DNA from: Neovahlkampfia damariscottae
Lineage: Eukaryota
Assembly: GCA_016618085.1 (NCBI GenBank)
Contig: JABLTG010000115.1
Location: forward strand, 45,193 to 65,192
Length of the DNA: 20,000 nucleotides
Direction: 5' to 3'
In this document: piece after piece, positions 9,883 to 19,427 of the stretch
Position numbering within the stretch: the stretch's first letter is position 1
Layout of the letters: every line of letters begins with the position of its first letter
Notes under the pieces: generated by a model
Seen by the model: only the letters and a program-made list of their open reading frames with translations
What the model was told of the DNA's origin: nothing
Databases searched by the model: none
Translations under genes and position numbers: made by a program

Positions 9883-10665
9883 ATGAGCAATGTAGAAGAA
9901 CAAAACTTCTCAAAAGAAATCTCAAAACTCCATGGAAAGCTATTTTTGAAGGAGAAATCAAAAAAAATTATTTTAATTTTTGGTTGGTTTGGTTCTACTC
10001 ATAAGCTACTTTCAAAATATACAGAAATTTACAATAAGAATAATTGTAGTGTTATTCAATTTATACCTTCAAATTTTAATATTACAGACACAAACCATTA
10101 TGAAAAAAAAATTCAGAAATTAGTTTTAGTCTTGGAGCAAAAGTACAAAATTGGAGAAGAAAAAATGAAGTTTTTTTGTCATTGTTTTTCAAATCATGGG
10201 TTGAAAAATGTTATTGTTTTATCAAAATTAATTCAAGAAAAAAAGATTTTATGTGTTGAATTATCAGGTGTAATTTCAGATTCTACTCCAGTTGATTTGA
10301 CACCAAAAGCTGCTTCAAATGCTCTTACTGCATCTATAAAGATGAATCATATCAAATCTATTCTGTACTATTTTATGTATTTCATATTTTATTTATTTTT
10401 TTTAATTTACGAATTTTTAACAAAATCGACGGTCAATGAAGGCGTAGGATTTGATGGTTTATTAGAGAATGAAAAATTATCAATTTTTTTTATTTATAGT
10501 GAATCTGATAACATCACAGATTTTAAATTTTTGGAGAATTTCATTGAAAAGTTCAAAGGAAAAAAGAAAGTTCAGAAATTCGAAAATTCAAATCACGTTT
10601 CTCATTTAATGATCCATCCAGAAAAATATACGAAAGAAGTTGTTAGTTTTGTCACTGAAAACTGA
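9883..10665 (+). CDS. TMEM53: TMEM53 / DUF829 alpha/beta-hydrolase-fold protein, 260 aa
   Basis: Intronless. Motifs: LIFGWFGSTHKLLSKYTEIY, HCFSNHG (family consensus FSNGG), ISDSTP, FIYSESDNI, FENSNHVSHLMIHPEKY, plus one hydrophobic segment. Confidence 0.88.
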   Translation: MSNVEEQNFSKEISKLHGKLFLKEKSKKIILIFGWFGSTHKLLSKYTEIYNKNNCSVIQFIPSNFNITDTNHYEKKIQKLVLVLEQKYKIGEEKMKFFCHCFSNHGLKNVIVLSKLIQEKKILCVELSGVISDSTPVDLTPKAASNALTASIKMNHIKSILYYFMYFIFYLFFLIYEFLTKSTVNEGVGFDGLLENEKLSIFFIYSESDNITDFKFLENFIEKFKGKKKVQKFENSNHVSHLMIHPEKYTKEVVSFVTEN

Positions 10666-10824
10666 GATTGAATAATAAATTTTTGATTTTTTTTTTCAAG
10701 TTGTGAAACGAACAATGTATCATTTAAACGGACGAAAAATTCTAAAACTTTAGTTTTATTTTGGAAGAACTGAAAAATTCGTCTTTTTATTCTCCCTATT
10801 TTTGATTCGTCAATTAAAACACTC

Positions 10825-12728
10825 ATGTCAGACATTTTAACACCAAAACAGAGAGTAAAACTTATTTTTCAAGTTAATTTTTTAGGAATACTTGAAAGAA
10901 GCAAAAGAATATATCACAAATATTTATAATGATACAAGTGGAAACTTCAACAAGTAAAGAAAAAGAAAATTAATTTTTCCATCAAAGAACTCTTGCTCTT
11001 CAAACCATAAGTGCCATGATTTCAAATATAATTAATGATCCAAATGAACAAAAATATCGTAAAATAAAAATGAACAATCAAAAATTTCAAAAAAGAGTTT
11101 TAGAGACAACAGAGTAAAATGACCTTCAAAAAAAAAACTAAAATTTCTTTAAGAGACGCAGCAAAACTACTTGAATTGATTGGATTTAAACCAAAAGGTG
11201 ATTATTTTTTGTGTTCTGAATTCAATGTTGAATCATTAAAATTAATGAAAGAAGAACTAGATAAACAAGTGAGAATTTTGTTTTTACATTGACTTTAGGT
11301 TCTGAAATCATTTTACTCAAATGAGAACTTAAAACATGTTGATGATGAGGATGAAGTTGATCCAGAACTTTCTTTGACTGTTACAATTGATGGAAACGAC
11401 TACAAAAGACCAATCTTGAAAATTTTTAAAGTTGTGAAAGACAATGCATTGTTTGAAGTACCTGAACATTATGAAGTGAAAAAGGTATTGGGTTTTGGTA
11501 AGAATTTTCATTTAAACCATTGAAAAATTTGAAAGGTTCTTTTGGTGTAGTGGTATCTGCTTATGATCATATCAAAAAAAAAGAAGTTGCAATAAAAAAA
11601 ATGTATGCTACTTTTTCACAAAGTATGGATTATCAAAAGAGAATTTTAAGAGAAATTCAACTTTTACTTCATTTTCGTGGCTGTGAAAGTGTAAGCAATA
11701 TTTTTTTTGTTTTTACACTTTCCTTCAAGATTGTTGAAATTATAGACTTAATACCACCTCGGTCATTTGAAGATTTTAGTGATGTTTATATTGTGATGGA
11801 TTGCATGTCACAAGATTTGAACAAGCTCATCAAATCTACTAATCAACTGACAGATGAAAATGGTAAACACAAAACATATGATTCACCAAAAAGTTGTTTA
11901 TTTTATGTACCATATGTTATTGGGAGTTTATTCTTTACATTCCGCAAACTGTCTTCACAGAGATTTAAAACCAAGTAATGTTTTACTAACAGGTGAATTG
12001 GATGTACGAATTTGTGATTTAGGACTTGCTAGGGGATTAAATCTGGGAGAATCAGATGACCAGCATATGTCAACCTATTATGTTGTCACTGTAATCTTAT
12101 TAGAAAAATTAAATTTATTCACAGAGATGGTATCGTTCTCCTGAACTTGTAATGTCTTATGAAAAATCATACAAAGCATTAGATATGTGGTCAATTGGAT
12201 GTATTTTTGCAGAATTAGTTTGAAAATTATCTTATTTTAACTCTAAAAAGTTACAAAAGCCAAAAAGGAGACCATTATTTCCAGGAATGGAAACATTAGA
12301 ACAATTGAAATTGATTTTAAATACTCTTGGAAAACAGAAATTTGAAGATATAAAAGGAGTTCCAAATGCAAAGAATTTTGTTAAACAATATGCTAAAAAT
12401 GAAAAAAAAGCTTGGAATGAGATTCCTTTTTTAAAACATATTTCAGATGAATCAACATTAGATTTATTAGACGCTTTATTAACTTTCAATCCAGAAAAAA
12501 GAATTTCAGTTGAAGATGCTTTACGTCATCCTTATTTTAGAGAAATATTTGATGAAGATGATTTAATGAAGTATCCAATCGTAGATTTCGTTTTTGATCA
12601 AAAATCAGCAAACAAAGATAAAGACTATTGCAAAAGTAATAGAAAAAACTAAATTAAAACTATATTTAGAAATGATTTATGATTTAATTATGGATATGAA
12701 TAAAAAAAATGGAATTGCAGGAGAGTAA
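10825..12728 (+). CDS. MAP kinase (CMGC) with an N-terminal PUB domain, ~519 aa, 11 exons
   Basis: Introns 10855-10885, 10954-10987, 11114-11153, 11269-11298, 11498-11535, 11691-11729, 11863-11893, 12091-12124, 12218-12250 and 12636-12669 give one continuous frame. PUB motif: [35 protein letters not shown]...[10 protein letters not shown]. Kinase motifs: [88 protein letters not shown]. Confidence 0.92.
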
Positions 12729-12812
12729 GAAAAATGATTTTTTTAAACCTTTAAAGTGCAATCATTACTGAAAAAACACCAATAGAAGTGTAATTCACAA
12801 ATATTTATTAAA

Positions 12813-13472
12813 TTAATTTTTTTTCATGGATTTAATCATTTCATTTTGAACTGTTTCCTTCCAAACTTTCTTTGTCAATTTGAAGACTTGCCAATCAATA
12901 TTAGAATTTGACCTAGTTTCAAAGAATTCAATTTTGAATTTTTTATAAAATGATAACATTGGAATATTCTCTTTGGTTGTTGAAAATATCACATAATCCA
13001 AATCAAATTGATTAAAAACATATTCTAAGCAATGATAATGAGCTTCCAAAGCTATTCCCAATTTCCAATAAGGTTCATATATTACAATTCCAAATTCAGC
13101 CCATTTTTCTTTGTCATTTTCATTGATATGTATTTCTCTGAAACCAGTTGACCCAATTAGGACTCCTTTCTGAATGAATGAATTTTCAGTTTCTTTTTCC
13201 TTCTGCAATTCACAAAAATATTTTTTTTTTACAAATAAATTTAAATAAAATGCTGTTTCATTGATATTATATTTTGTGAAAAGTAGTCGTCTTTCTTTAA
13301 TTTCTTCCATTTTCCACTCTTTCAAAAGAATTTTCAAATTATTCATGGTTTTGGTATGTGATAGAATCATTTTCATTCTATTGTCACAATATTCATTTTC
13401 TGTTTCAATTTTTGATGGTGTACTTAAAAGTAAACGATTTGTTTCAATTGAAACATCAAAAGTTCTCTTCAT
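12813..13472 (-). CDS. GNAT N-acetyltransferase, RimJ/RimL (Acetyltransf_3) type, 219 aa
   Basis: Intronless. N-terminal IETNRLLL, then LIGSTGF, AEFGIVIYEPYWKLGIALEA (motif A) and TTKENIPMLSFYKKF (motif B). The ATG is at 13472. Confidence 0.85.
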   Translation of the reverse strand: MKRTFDVSIETNRLLLSTPSKIETENEYCDNRMKMILSHTKTMNNLKILLKEWKMEEIKERRLLFTKYNINETAFYLNLFVKKKYFCELQKEKETENSFIQKGVLIGSTGFREIHINENDKEKWAEFGIVIYEPYWKLGIALEAHYHCLEYVFNQFDLDYVIFSTTKENIPMLSFYKKFKIEFFETRSNSNIDWQVFKLTKKVWKETVQNEMIKSMKKN

Positions 13473-13591
13473 AAGATAAGCCAATCAAAACATTTTTTTT
13501 TTTTATTTAATCCTTACGACTCAGTTAGAGATTGAGGATTTTAAAGTACATTTTTTGTGGTGTCAGCACAAATGTATGGTTTGATTCTTGT

Positions 13592-13876
13592 TTACTTTTT
13601 TGTTGAAGCTTTTAGTTTGTTCTTTAAAGTAGTTCTTCCAAGTGTTTTCATTATGGGTCCTTTAAGTTTATCTTCAAATATTTTGTCATGTTTCATTGTT
13701 TTGTTTGGTGATTCTTTTGTTCTTGGGGTTTCTTCTCTTTTTCTTTTTTTGCTTGTGTTTTGAAATTTGTTGGTGTTTATGAATGTTATGGTTAAGTTTG
13801 GTTGTGAGTGATGTTCAGGTTTCCTCTTTTTGAATATTTCTTGGGAGATTTCATCTCCGTTGTTTTTTTGAACCAT
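13592..13876 (-). CDS. Small Lys-rich hypothetical protein (94 aa) with NLS-like clusters
   Basis: ATG at 13876 (MVQKNNGDE...), directly preceded by two CCAAT boxes like the confirmed genes. Contains KKRKP and KKRKREE clusters. No family was recognised. Confidence 0.45.
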   Translation of the reverse strand: MVQKNNGDEISQEIFKKRKPEHHSQPNLTITFINTNKFQNTSKKRKREETPRTKESPNKTMKHDKIFEDKLKGPIMKTLGRTTLKNKLKASTKK

Positions 13877-13928
13877 GAAATCTCCACCAATCATTTTCAT
13901 TTTGCCAATCAAAACAATTTTAAAGTTC

Positions 13929-14321
13929 ATGGATAAACAATACAGCTGAGAAGGTTGTTTGAGTACAAAAAGTGATAAAAAATTCTTGGCATATAATGAC
14001 AGAACATACAAAAAACACTATATTGAAAAAACTTCTGGAACAATGTGCCGAGACTGTTCCATTCTTGACGAAATTTGAGAAATTTAAGAAAATTGGTACG
14101 TGAGAATATTCTGCACCTTTTTTCATAAATATGTTGTTGTAGTATTACAATAATTTATTTAAAAAATCATGACAACAAGCTTCAGATACCAACTGTTCTA
14201 GAATAATCACCAAGTTGAGAATTTTGAATTGTTCTATCAAAATTGTATTTTACTTGACCAAATGAAAATTGAAGAAATTGTACAAAAATTTGATATCAAA
14301 AAAAACATCATTTTTGATTAA
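13929..14321 (+). pseudogene. Possible decayed gene: protein-like fragments interrupted by stops
   Basis: Two fragments: MDKQYS*EGC...MCRDCSILDEI* (13929 to ~14078) and MTTSFRYQLF*NNHQVENFELFYQNCILLDQMKIEEIVQKFDIKKNIIFD* (14169-14321). I found no clean splice model. Confidence 0.25.
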
Positions 14322-14394
14322 ATTTAAAATAAATTTTGAGCTTCAATTAAGATTTTCATTTGTTAATTTTTATTCCACCAATCATTTGATAAAC

Positions 14395-15046
14395 ATGTCA
14401 GAAGAAGAAGTTAACAAACTCAAATCACACATCAGAGTTGTTCCTGATTTTCCAAAAAAAGGAATTCAATTTCAAGATATTTCAACACTTTGTGCTGACC
14501 CGTGGTGCATGAAAAAATGTATTGAAATTATGGCAGCAAAATACAAAGGTGAAAAAATTGATTATGTCGCAGGATTTGAAGCAAGAGGTTTTATTTTTGG
14601 ACCAGCACTTGCTATTGAACTTGGTTGTGGGTTCACTATGATAAGAAAACCAGGAAAATTGTAACAAAACATTTAAATTCATTTTTCCACAGACCATGTA
14701 ATTTGTTACATTTTTAAATAATTTTCAAGATAAAACCGAATATGCAGAATATACTAAAGAATATGGAAAAGATAAAATTGAAGTAAATGTTGATGCTTGG
14801 GAAAAAGGTGCTAACGTTTTATTAATTGATGATCTTTTGGCAACTGGTATTTTAATTTTGATTATTTTTAATATTTTAGGTGGAACTGCTGGAGCTGGTG
14901 TTGATTTAGTTGAAAAATTAGGAGCTAAATGCGTTGGTTTATGTGTCGTTGTTCATCTCACTGGATTACCTGAAGAATTAGATGGAACTAAAAATCTTGC
15001 AAAAAAAAATTGTCCTGTTTTTTCTATTTTCTCAGCTGCAGGTTAA
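14395..15046 (+). CDS. APRT: Adenine phosphoribosyltransferase, 184 aa
   Basis: Motifs: IRVVPDFPKKGIQFQDI, AGFEARGFIFG, IRKPGKLPYKT..EYTKEYG, and the PRPP motif VLLIDDLLATGGT. Introns 14661-14692, 14698-14729 and 14847-14879. Confidence 0.97.
14693..14697 (+). other. 5-nt microexon (ACCAT) of APRT
   Basis: Context is ...CCACAG|ACCAT|GTAATT..., between two 32-nt introns. Inclusion gives the conserved GKLPY; skipping gives TTA TAA, a stop. Confidence 0.88.
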
Positions 15047-15087
15047 TATATCAGATAAATTTTTTTTCATTTTTGATTGGTTCTTCA

Positions 15088-18000
15088 ATGTTTTTAGAAA
15101 AAGTATCCTTGTCTGGTTTCAAATCTTTTTCGTCTTCACGTCCTCAGATACTTGATTTTGGTCCTGGATTCAATTGTATACAAGGAGAAAATGGATCTGG
15201 CAAGTAAAACGACTCTTTTGTCGAACTCAAATCTTTTTAGAAGTACCTTTACAAAGTTTGAAATTTTTTCGTTTTAAAAATTTAGTTATTCATAACTTAG
15301 GTAATATATTTGACTCTATATGCTTCGCTCTTTCTCAAGATTTAAATCAAGTTCGCTCTTCCACTTTAAATGATTTATTTTGCCAAACATCCAAAACACC
15401 AACAAATTCAATTGAAATAACTTTGATTTTTAAAAGAAATTCAAACAACTTAATTTTTGATAAATATCTTCAAAATGATATTTGTAAGTTGACAGTCAAA
15501 GTATCCAAAGAAAATTTAACCAGAAACTATTTTTTGAATAACAAAAAAATAACATCACAAAAATGTAAAAGTTCATTTGAATTAATCTTCAGATTTGAGA
15601 GATTTTTTACATAATATTGGCTTGAGTATGTTCAATAAACAACCAACATTTATTATTCATCAAAATTCAGTGACCAACTCGAAAAGTTCAATAGATTTGG
15701 CCAATATGATTACAGATTGCAGTGGTTCAAAAAAAGTTCAAGAATTAATCAATAAAACAACAAAAGAATTACAAAAATGGAGAAATATTGAAATTTCAAT
15801 TCAAAAATCTATTGATAGTTTTGAAAAGTGTTTAAATGATGATTTGGAGTTATATGAAAAATCAAGTCGTTATAATGATTCAGTCAGACAAATTGAAATT
15901 TTAGAAAAGAAAAAAAAGATAATTGAAAATAATGAAAAGTTAAATTTGATTCAAGATTTACATCATGAACGTAACAAATTGAATTTGGAAATCGAAGCTT
16001 TTCAAAAAGATTTGGAATCTATTGATACAAGTTTGATTGATTTGAATTTGAAAAATAAAAAGTACATGGTCACAGAAGAAAAGAAAAAATTAATTTCTTT
16101 GGAAGATGATTTTTCTCAACTGAAAATTGTATCTTTTTTGAATTTTAATTTTTGAAAAGAAAATTTCTGGAATTAATAATAGGATCAACATCTTGGAAAA
16201 GGAATTATTGAACTTTGGAGATCCAAATGATACTTTGCACACAAATAAAAATATGGAAGAAATTTCTTTGATAAATGAAACTATTGAGAGACTAAAAACA
16301 GAAATAAAGTTAAAGAGATATCAAATTTTAGAGTAAATGATTCCAAATTTTTCTTATTTAAAGAAATGAAAATTTAATCAAAAAGAATATTGGAAACAAT
16401 GAAGGAAGTGGTGATAAATTGAACAATATTATAAAAGAATTGAAAAATCATGAAAGTCAATTGATTAATATTTCAGGAATTATTGAATCATTAAAAGAAG
16501 AGAATCTGTCAATGGATACATTCATCACTTTGAAAGAACAAGAATATTCAAAAATAGAAAATGAAGAAATAGGAATAATGAGAACACTTGAATCATTTAA
16601 AGTGTCAACATTAGATATTTCAACATTGGAAGTATCAATTTATTGCATTTATTAATTATTTTGATAGCATGAAATGAAAATTATTTCTTCTAAATTAGAA
16701 ATAGAAAAACAAAAGAAATTTGATTTGGAATCCAAGATTGAAAGACTAAAAGTTGAATTATCAATATATCTCCAAGAAATTGATGTCAATGGATTTTTAG
16801 GAACTGTTTATTCATTATTTGATTTAAAACAGAATTCATTTGACTATTTGAATGCTCTCAATGTTATTTCTTCTGGAATTCATCCTATTGTGATGGAAAA
16901 TTCAAAAAATATCAAAAAATTATTTGAAGTAAATAGATGGTTAAATTGTAACTGTTTTTAGTATTCGGAAAAATCTAAAACTCAAATTGAAATTTGGTGC
17001 ATTGATCGAATGAATTGTTCAAAATATTCTCAACATTTCATGAAAATGAAAAAGATGAATGTAAATTAATTCAATGAATTTGATATTTTAGTTAACTATT
17101 CCTTTAGATTTTTTAGTATTTGATGAAATGTTTAGAGATGTAATTTCAAAATCATTTGGGGGATATGTTTTAACAAATTCTGATTCAGAATCAAAAGAAT
17201 TAATGGAAAAATATAACATTAGTAGCGTGTAAAACCTAATACTATTTAATTCTCCTAGAACCAAAAATGGTACAAAATTCATTCCTGGATCTATTAATGG
17301 AGGATACAGAAAAAAAGAAAATAATTCTGTTTTTCATAAAAAATTTGAACTTGAAAAATTGTTAAAAATTAAAGAATCATTTGAAAATGAAATTAAAAAT
17401 TTGGAAACACAAATGAATCATTTTAATCAAAAATATAAAGAATTCAAAATAAATGAAGACTTGATAATACAAAAAGAAAAAGTAAATTAAATTTAAAAAT
17501 TAAATACTTTCAATAGATAATATTCAAAAAATCACATTTAATAGAAGAACTATCAAAAATGAAAACAAATTTTAAAGAAAATGAATTAAAAATTGATGAA
17601 AATGAATTAATGAAGAAATATCAAAACGATAAAATTGAAGAATTAAAACAATTACAAAATGTTTATCAATCAAATTCAAATATTCAAGTTCACATCCAAA
17701 AGTTCATTAAAAATAAGAAATTCATTAATGAACAACTTTCAATTCAATGTGAAGAAATTCAAAAAACATTATTTGAATTTGAATTTAAAGAAGAAAATGC
17801 AAAAAGAAAATTTGAAGAAATGAACAGAAGAAAGATGGAATCTAAAGAAGATGAAGAAATGATCAAGAATGAAATCAAATTATTAAAAAAAGAATTGAAA
17901 GAATTATACTTTTTTGAATCTATAGAAAAAGAGATTGAGAACAAAAAACAAAACATTATTGATTTGAAGAATTCAATTTCAATTTTAGATCAAAATTTAA

Positions 18001-18813
18001 ATAAACAAATCAATCAAAAAAATAGTATTAAAGAAGAAATAAAGAATAAAAATGAAATTATTCAACAAATTGAATTGAAGTTAAAAAAGAATAGAATTAT
18101 AAATCAACAAAAAATTGACAATACAATTGATTTATCAAAAGAAGAAATTAATTTTCAAATTTCAAAATTTCATAAAATTAAAGAGGAATTATCAAAGGAC
18201 TCAAAAATCTTTAATCAAAATTTTGATAAAATTGAAAAGAAAAAAAAAGAAATATTTGATTTTAAACAAAAATTACAATTCATTTCAATTGGTATATCAA
18301 AATTCAAAGAATCAATTGAATCATCAAAAAATATTGCAGATCAAGTAAATGAAGAAACATTTGAAAAAGTGAATTCAAAATTTAAAATATATTTCTCAAG
18401 TATGGTACCAAATAAAATTGCATGTATCAAAAAAATTAGTTTGAAAATTGAGGAGGGTATTGATTTCGAAATTCAAAATTCAAATAATCAAAAGAAAACA
18501 ATTTGTCCTTACAATGAAGTACATTGATCATTTTTTCTAATAATAATTATAGTTGAGTGGTGGTCAAAAAACCTTATTAAATATGTCATTTGTTTTTGCA
18601 ATTTCACAAGTGAACAAATCACTATTTTATATTATAGATGAAGTGGATGCAGCTTTGGATGAAAATAATCAAGAAATAATTGCAAAATCAATAAAATCAA
18701 TATTCAAAGATTGTCAAATTTTATCAATTTCACATAATTCAAATTTTCAATTAGAAGCTGAAAAAACAATCACAATTTCAAAAAAAGATGGCGTTTCAAT
18801 TGTCAATAAATAA
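15088..18813 (+). CDS. SMC-family chromosome ATPase, divergent and most SMC2-like, ~1113 aa, 12 exons
   Basis: Introns 15204-15240, 15243-15300, 15565-15592, 16129-16159, 16333-16363, 16632-16667, 16929-16961, 17061-17091, 17229-17258, 17482-17516 and 18519-18552. N-terminal head: GFKSF..FNCIQGENGSGKSNIFDSICFAL. Hinge: GFLGTVYSLF...VTKNGTKFIPGSINGG. Two coiled coils. C-terminal head: LSGGQK...FYIIDEVDAALD...ILSISH. Confidence 0.92.
15241..15242 (+). other. Predicted 2-nt microexon (AA) in the SMC Walker A motif
   Basis: Context is GGC AA|GTAAAAC...TTTTTAG|AA|GTACC...AACTTAG|GT AAT, which splices to GGC AAA AGT AAT = G-K-S-N. The other GT/AG combinations I tried give stops or break GKS. Confidence 0.75.
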
Positions 18814-18842
18814 ATTTCAGATTCTTATTTCCTATTTTTTGA

Positions 18843-19427
18843 TCATTCAATATTCATGGATGTTTGAATGACCATCATAATTTTATCAATATCAATATAT
18901 TTATAATTAATGAATTTTCTATACAAATTATTCAATTGTTGTTCATTTTCTAAATCTATTAGATCTAAATTCTCCAATATTGTTATTTTTTCTTTATATT
19001 CATTTTGATAAGAATTTGATATCTCTGAGAGACCTTCAAGTAAATTTGACAAAAAAATAGAATCATTTGGATTTGAATTAAACCAAATTATCAAATTCTC
19101 ATGATTTCTTTCATAATAATGATTTCCTTCTTTTTCTATATCTGTTAATTTTTTGGAAATTTCTTCATATTCTTTGACACGTATTTTTAATTTTGAAATT
19201 TTTTGTTCAACTTTTTCAATATAATTTGATTGTATTTTTGACACCATTGTTTTTGATCTTTTCAAAATTCCAAAATTCTCTTCATTTGACATTGTTTCGA
19301 CTGAAGAAAAATATTGTGATAAACTGTAGAATTGATCAGATATTTCTTGATGTAATGATTGCCAAGTTTCTGCATGTTTGAACACTTTTTTGAAAAGTTT
19401 ATTATAAAACTTTTTTGCTTCGTCCAT
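18843..19427 (-). CDS. C1orf109/AIRIM-like helical protein, 194 aa
   Basis: Intronless ORF from the ATG at 19427. The pattern WQSL...SLS...FGIL...SNLLEGLSEISNSYQNEYKEKITIL resembles my recollection of C1orf109 (WQSAL...SLSNL...ADMLEWLQDIERHYRKSYLKRKYLL). The CDS is solid; the family assignment is moderate. Confidence 0.6.
   Translation of the reverse strand: MDEAKKFYNKLFKKVFKHAETWQSLHQEISDQFYSLSQYFSSVETMSNEENFGILKRSKTMVSKIQSNYIEKVEQKISKLKIRVKEYEEISKKLTDIEKEGNHYYERNHENLIIWFNSNPNDSIFLSNLLEGLSEISNSYQNEYKEKITILENLDLIDLENEQQLNNLYRKFINYKYIDIDKIMMVIQTSMNIE

Noticed and set aside
6710..12728. Functional clustering of proteostasis genes (RPN12, NOT2, PUB-MAPK)
   Set aside because: They are interspersed with unrelated genes, and neighbourhood in a compact eukaryotic genome is not evidence of a shared system without synteny data.
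1440..19381. Numerous 60-100 aa antisense or alternate-frame ORFs in the track (e.g. 1440..1670, 1706..1993, 6089..6391, 7161..7409, 7801..8079, 9329..9598, 17759..17956)
   Set aside because: They are shadows of real genes on the other strand or frame and show no recognisable motifs.
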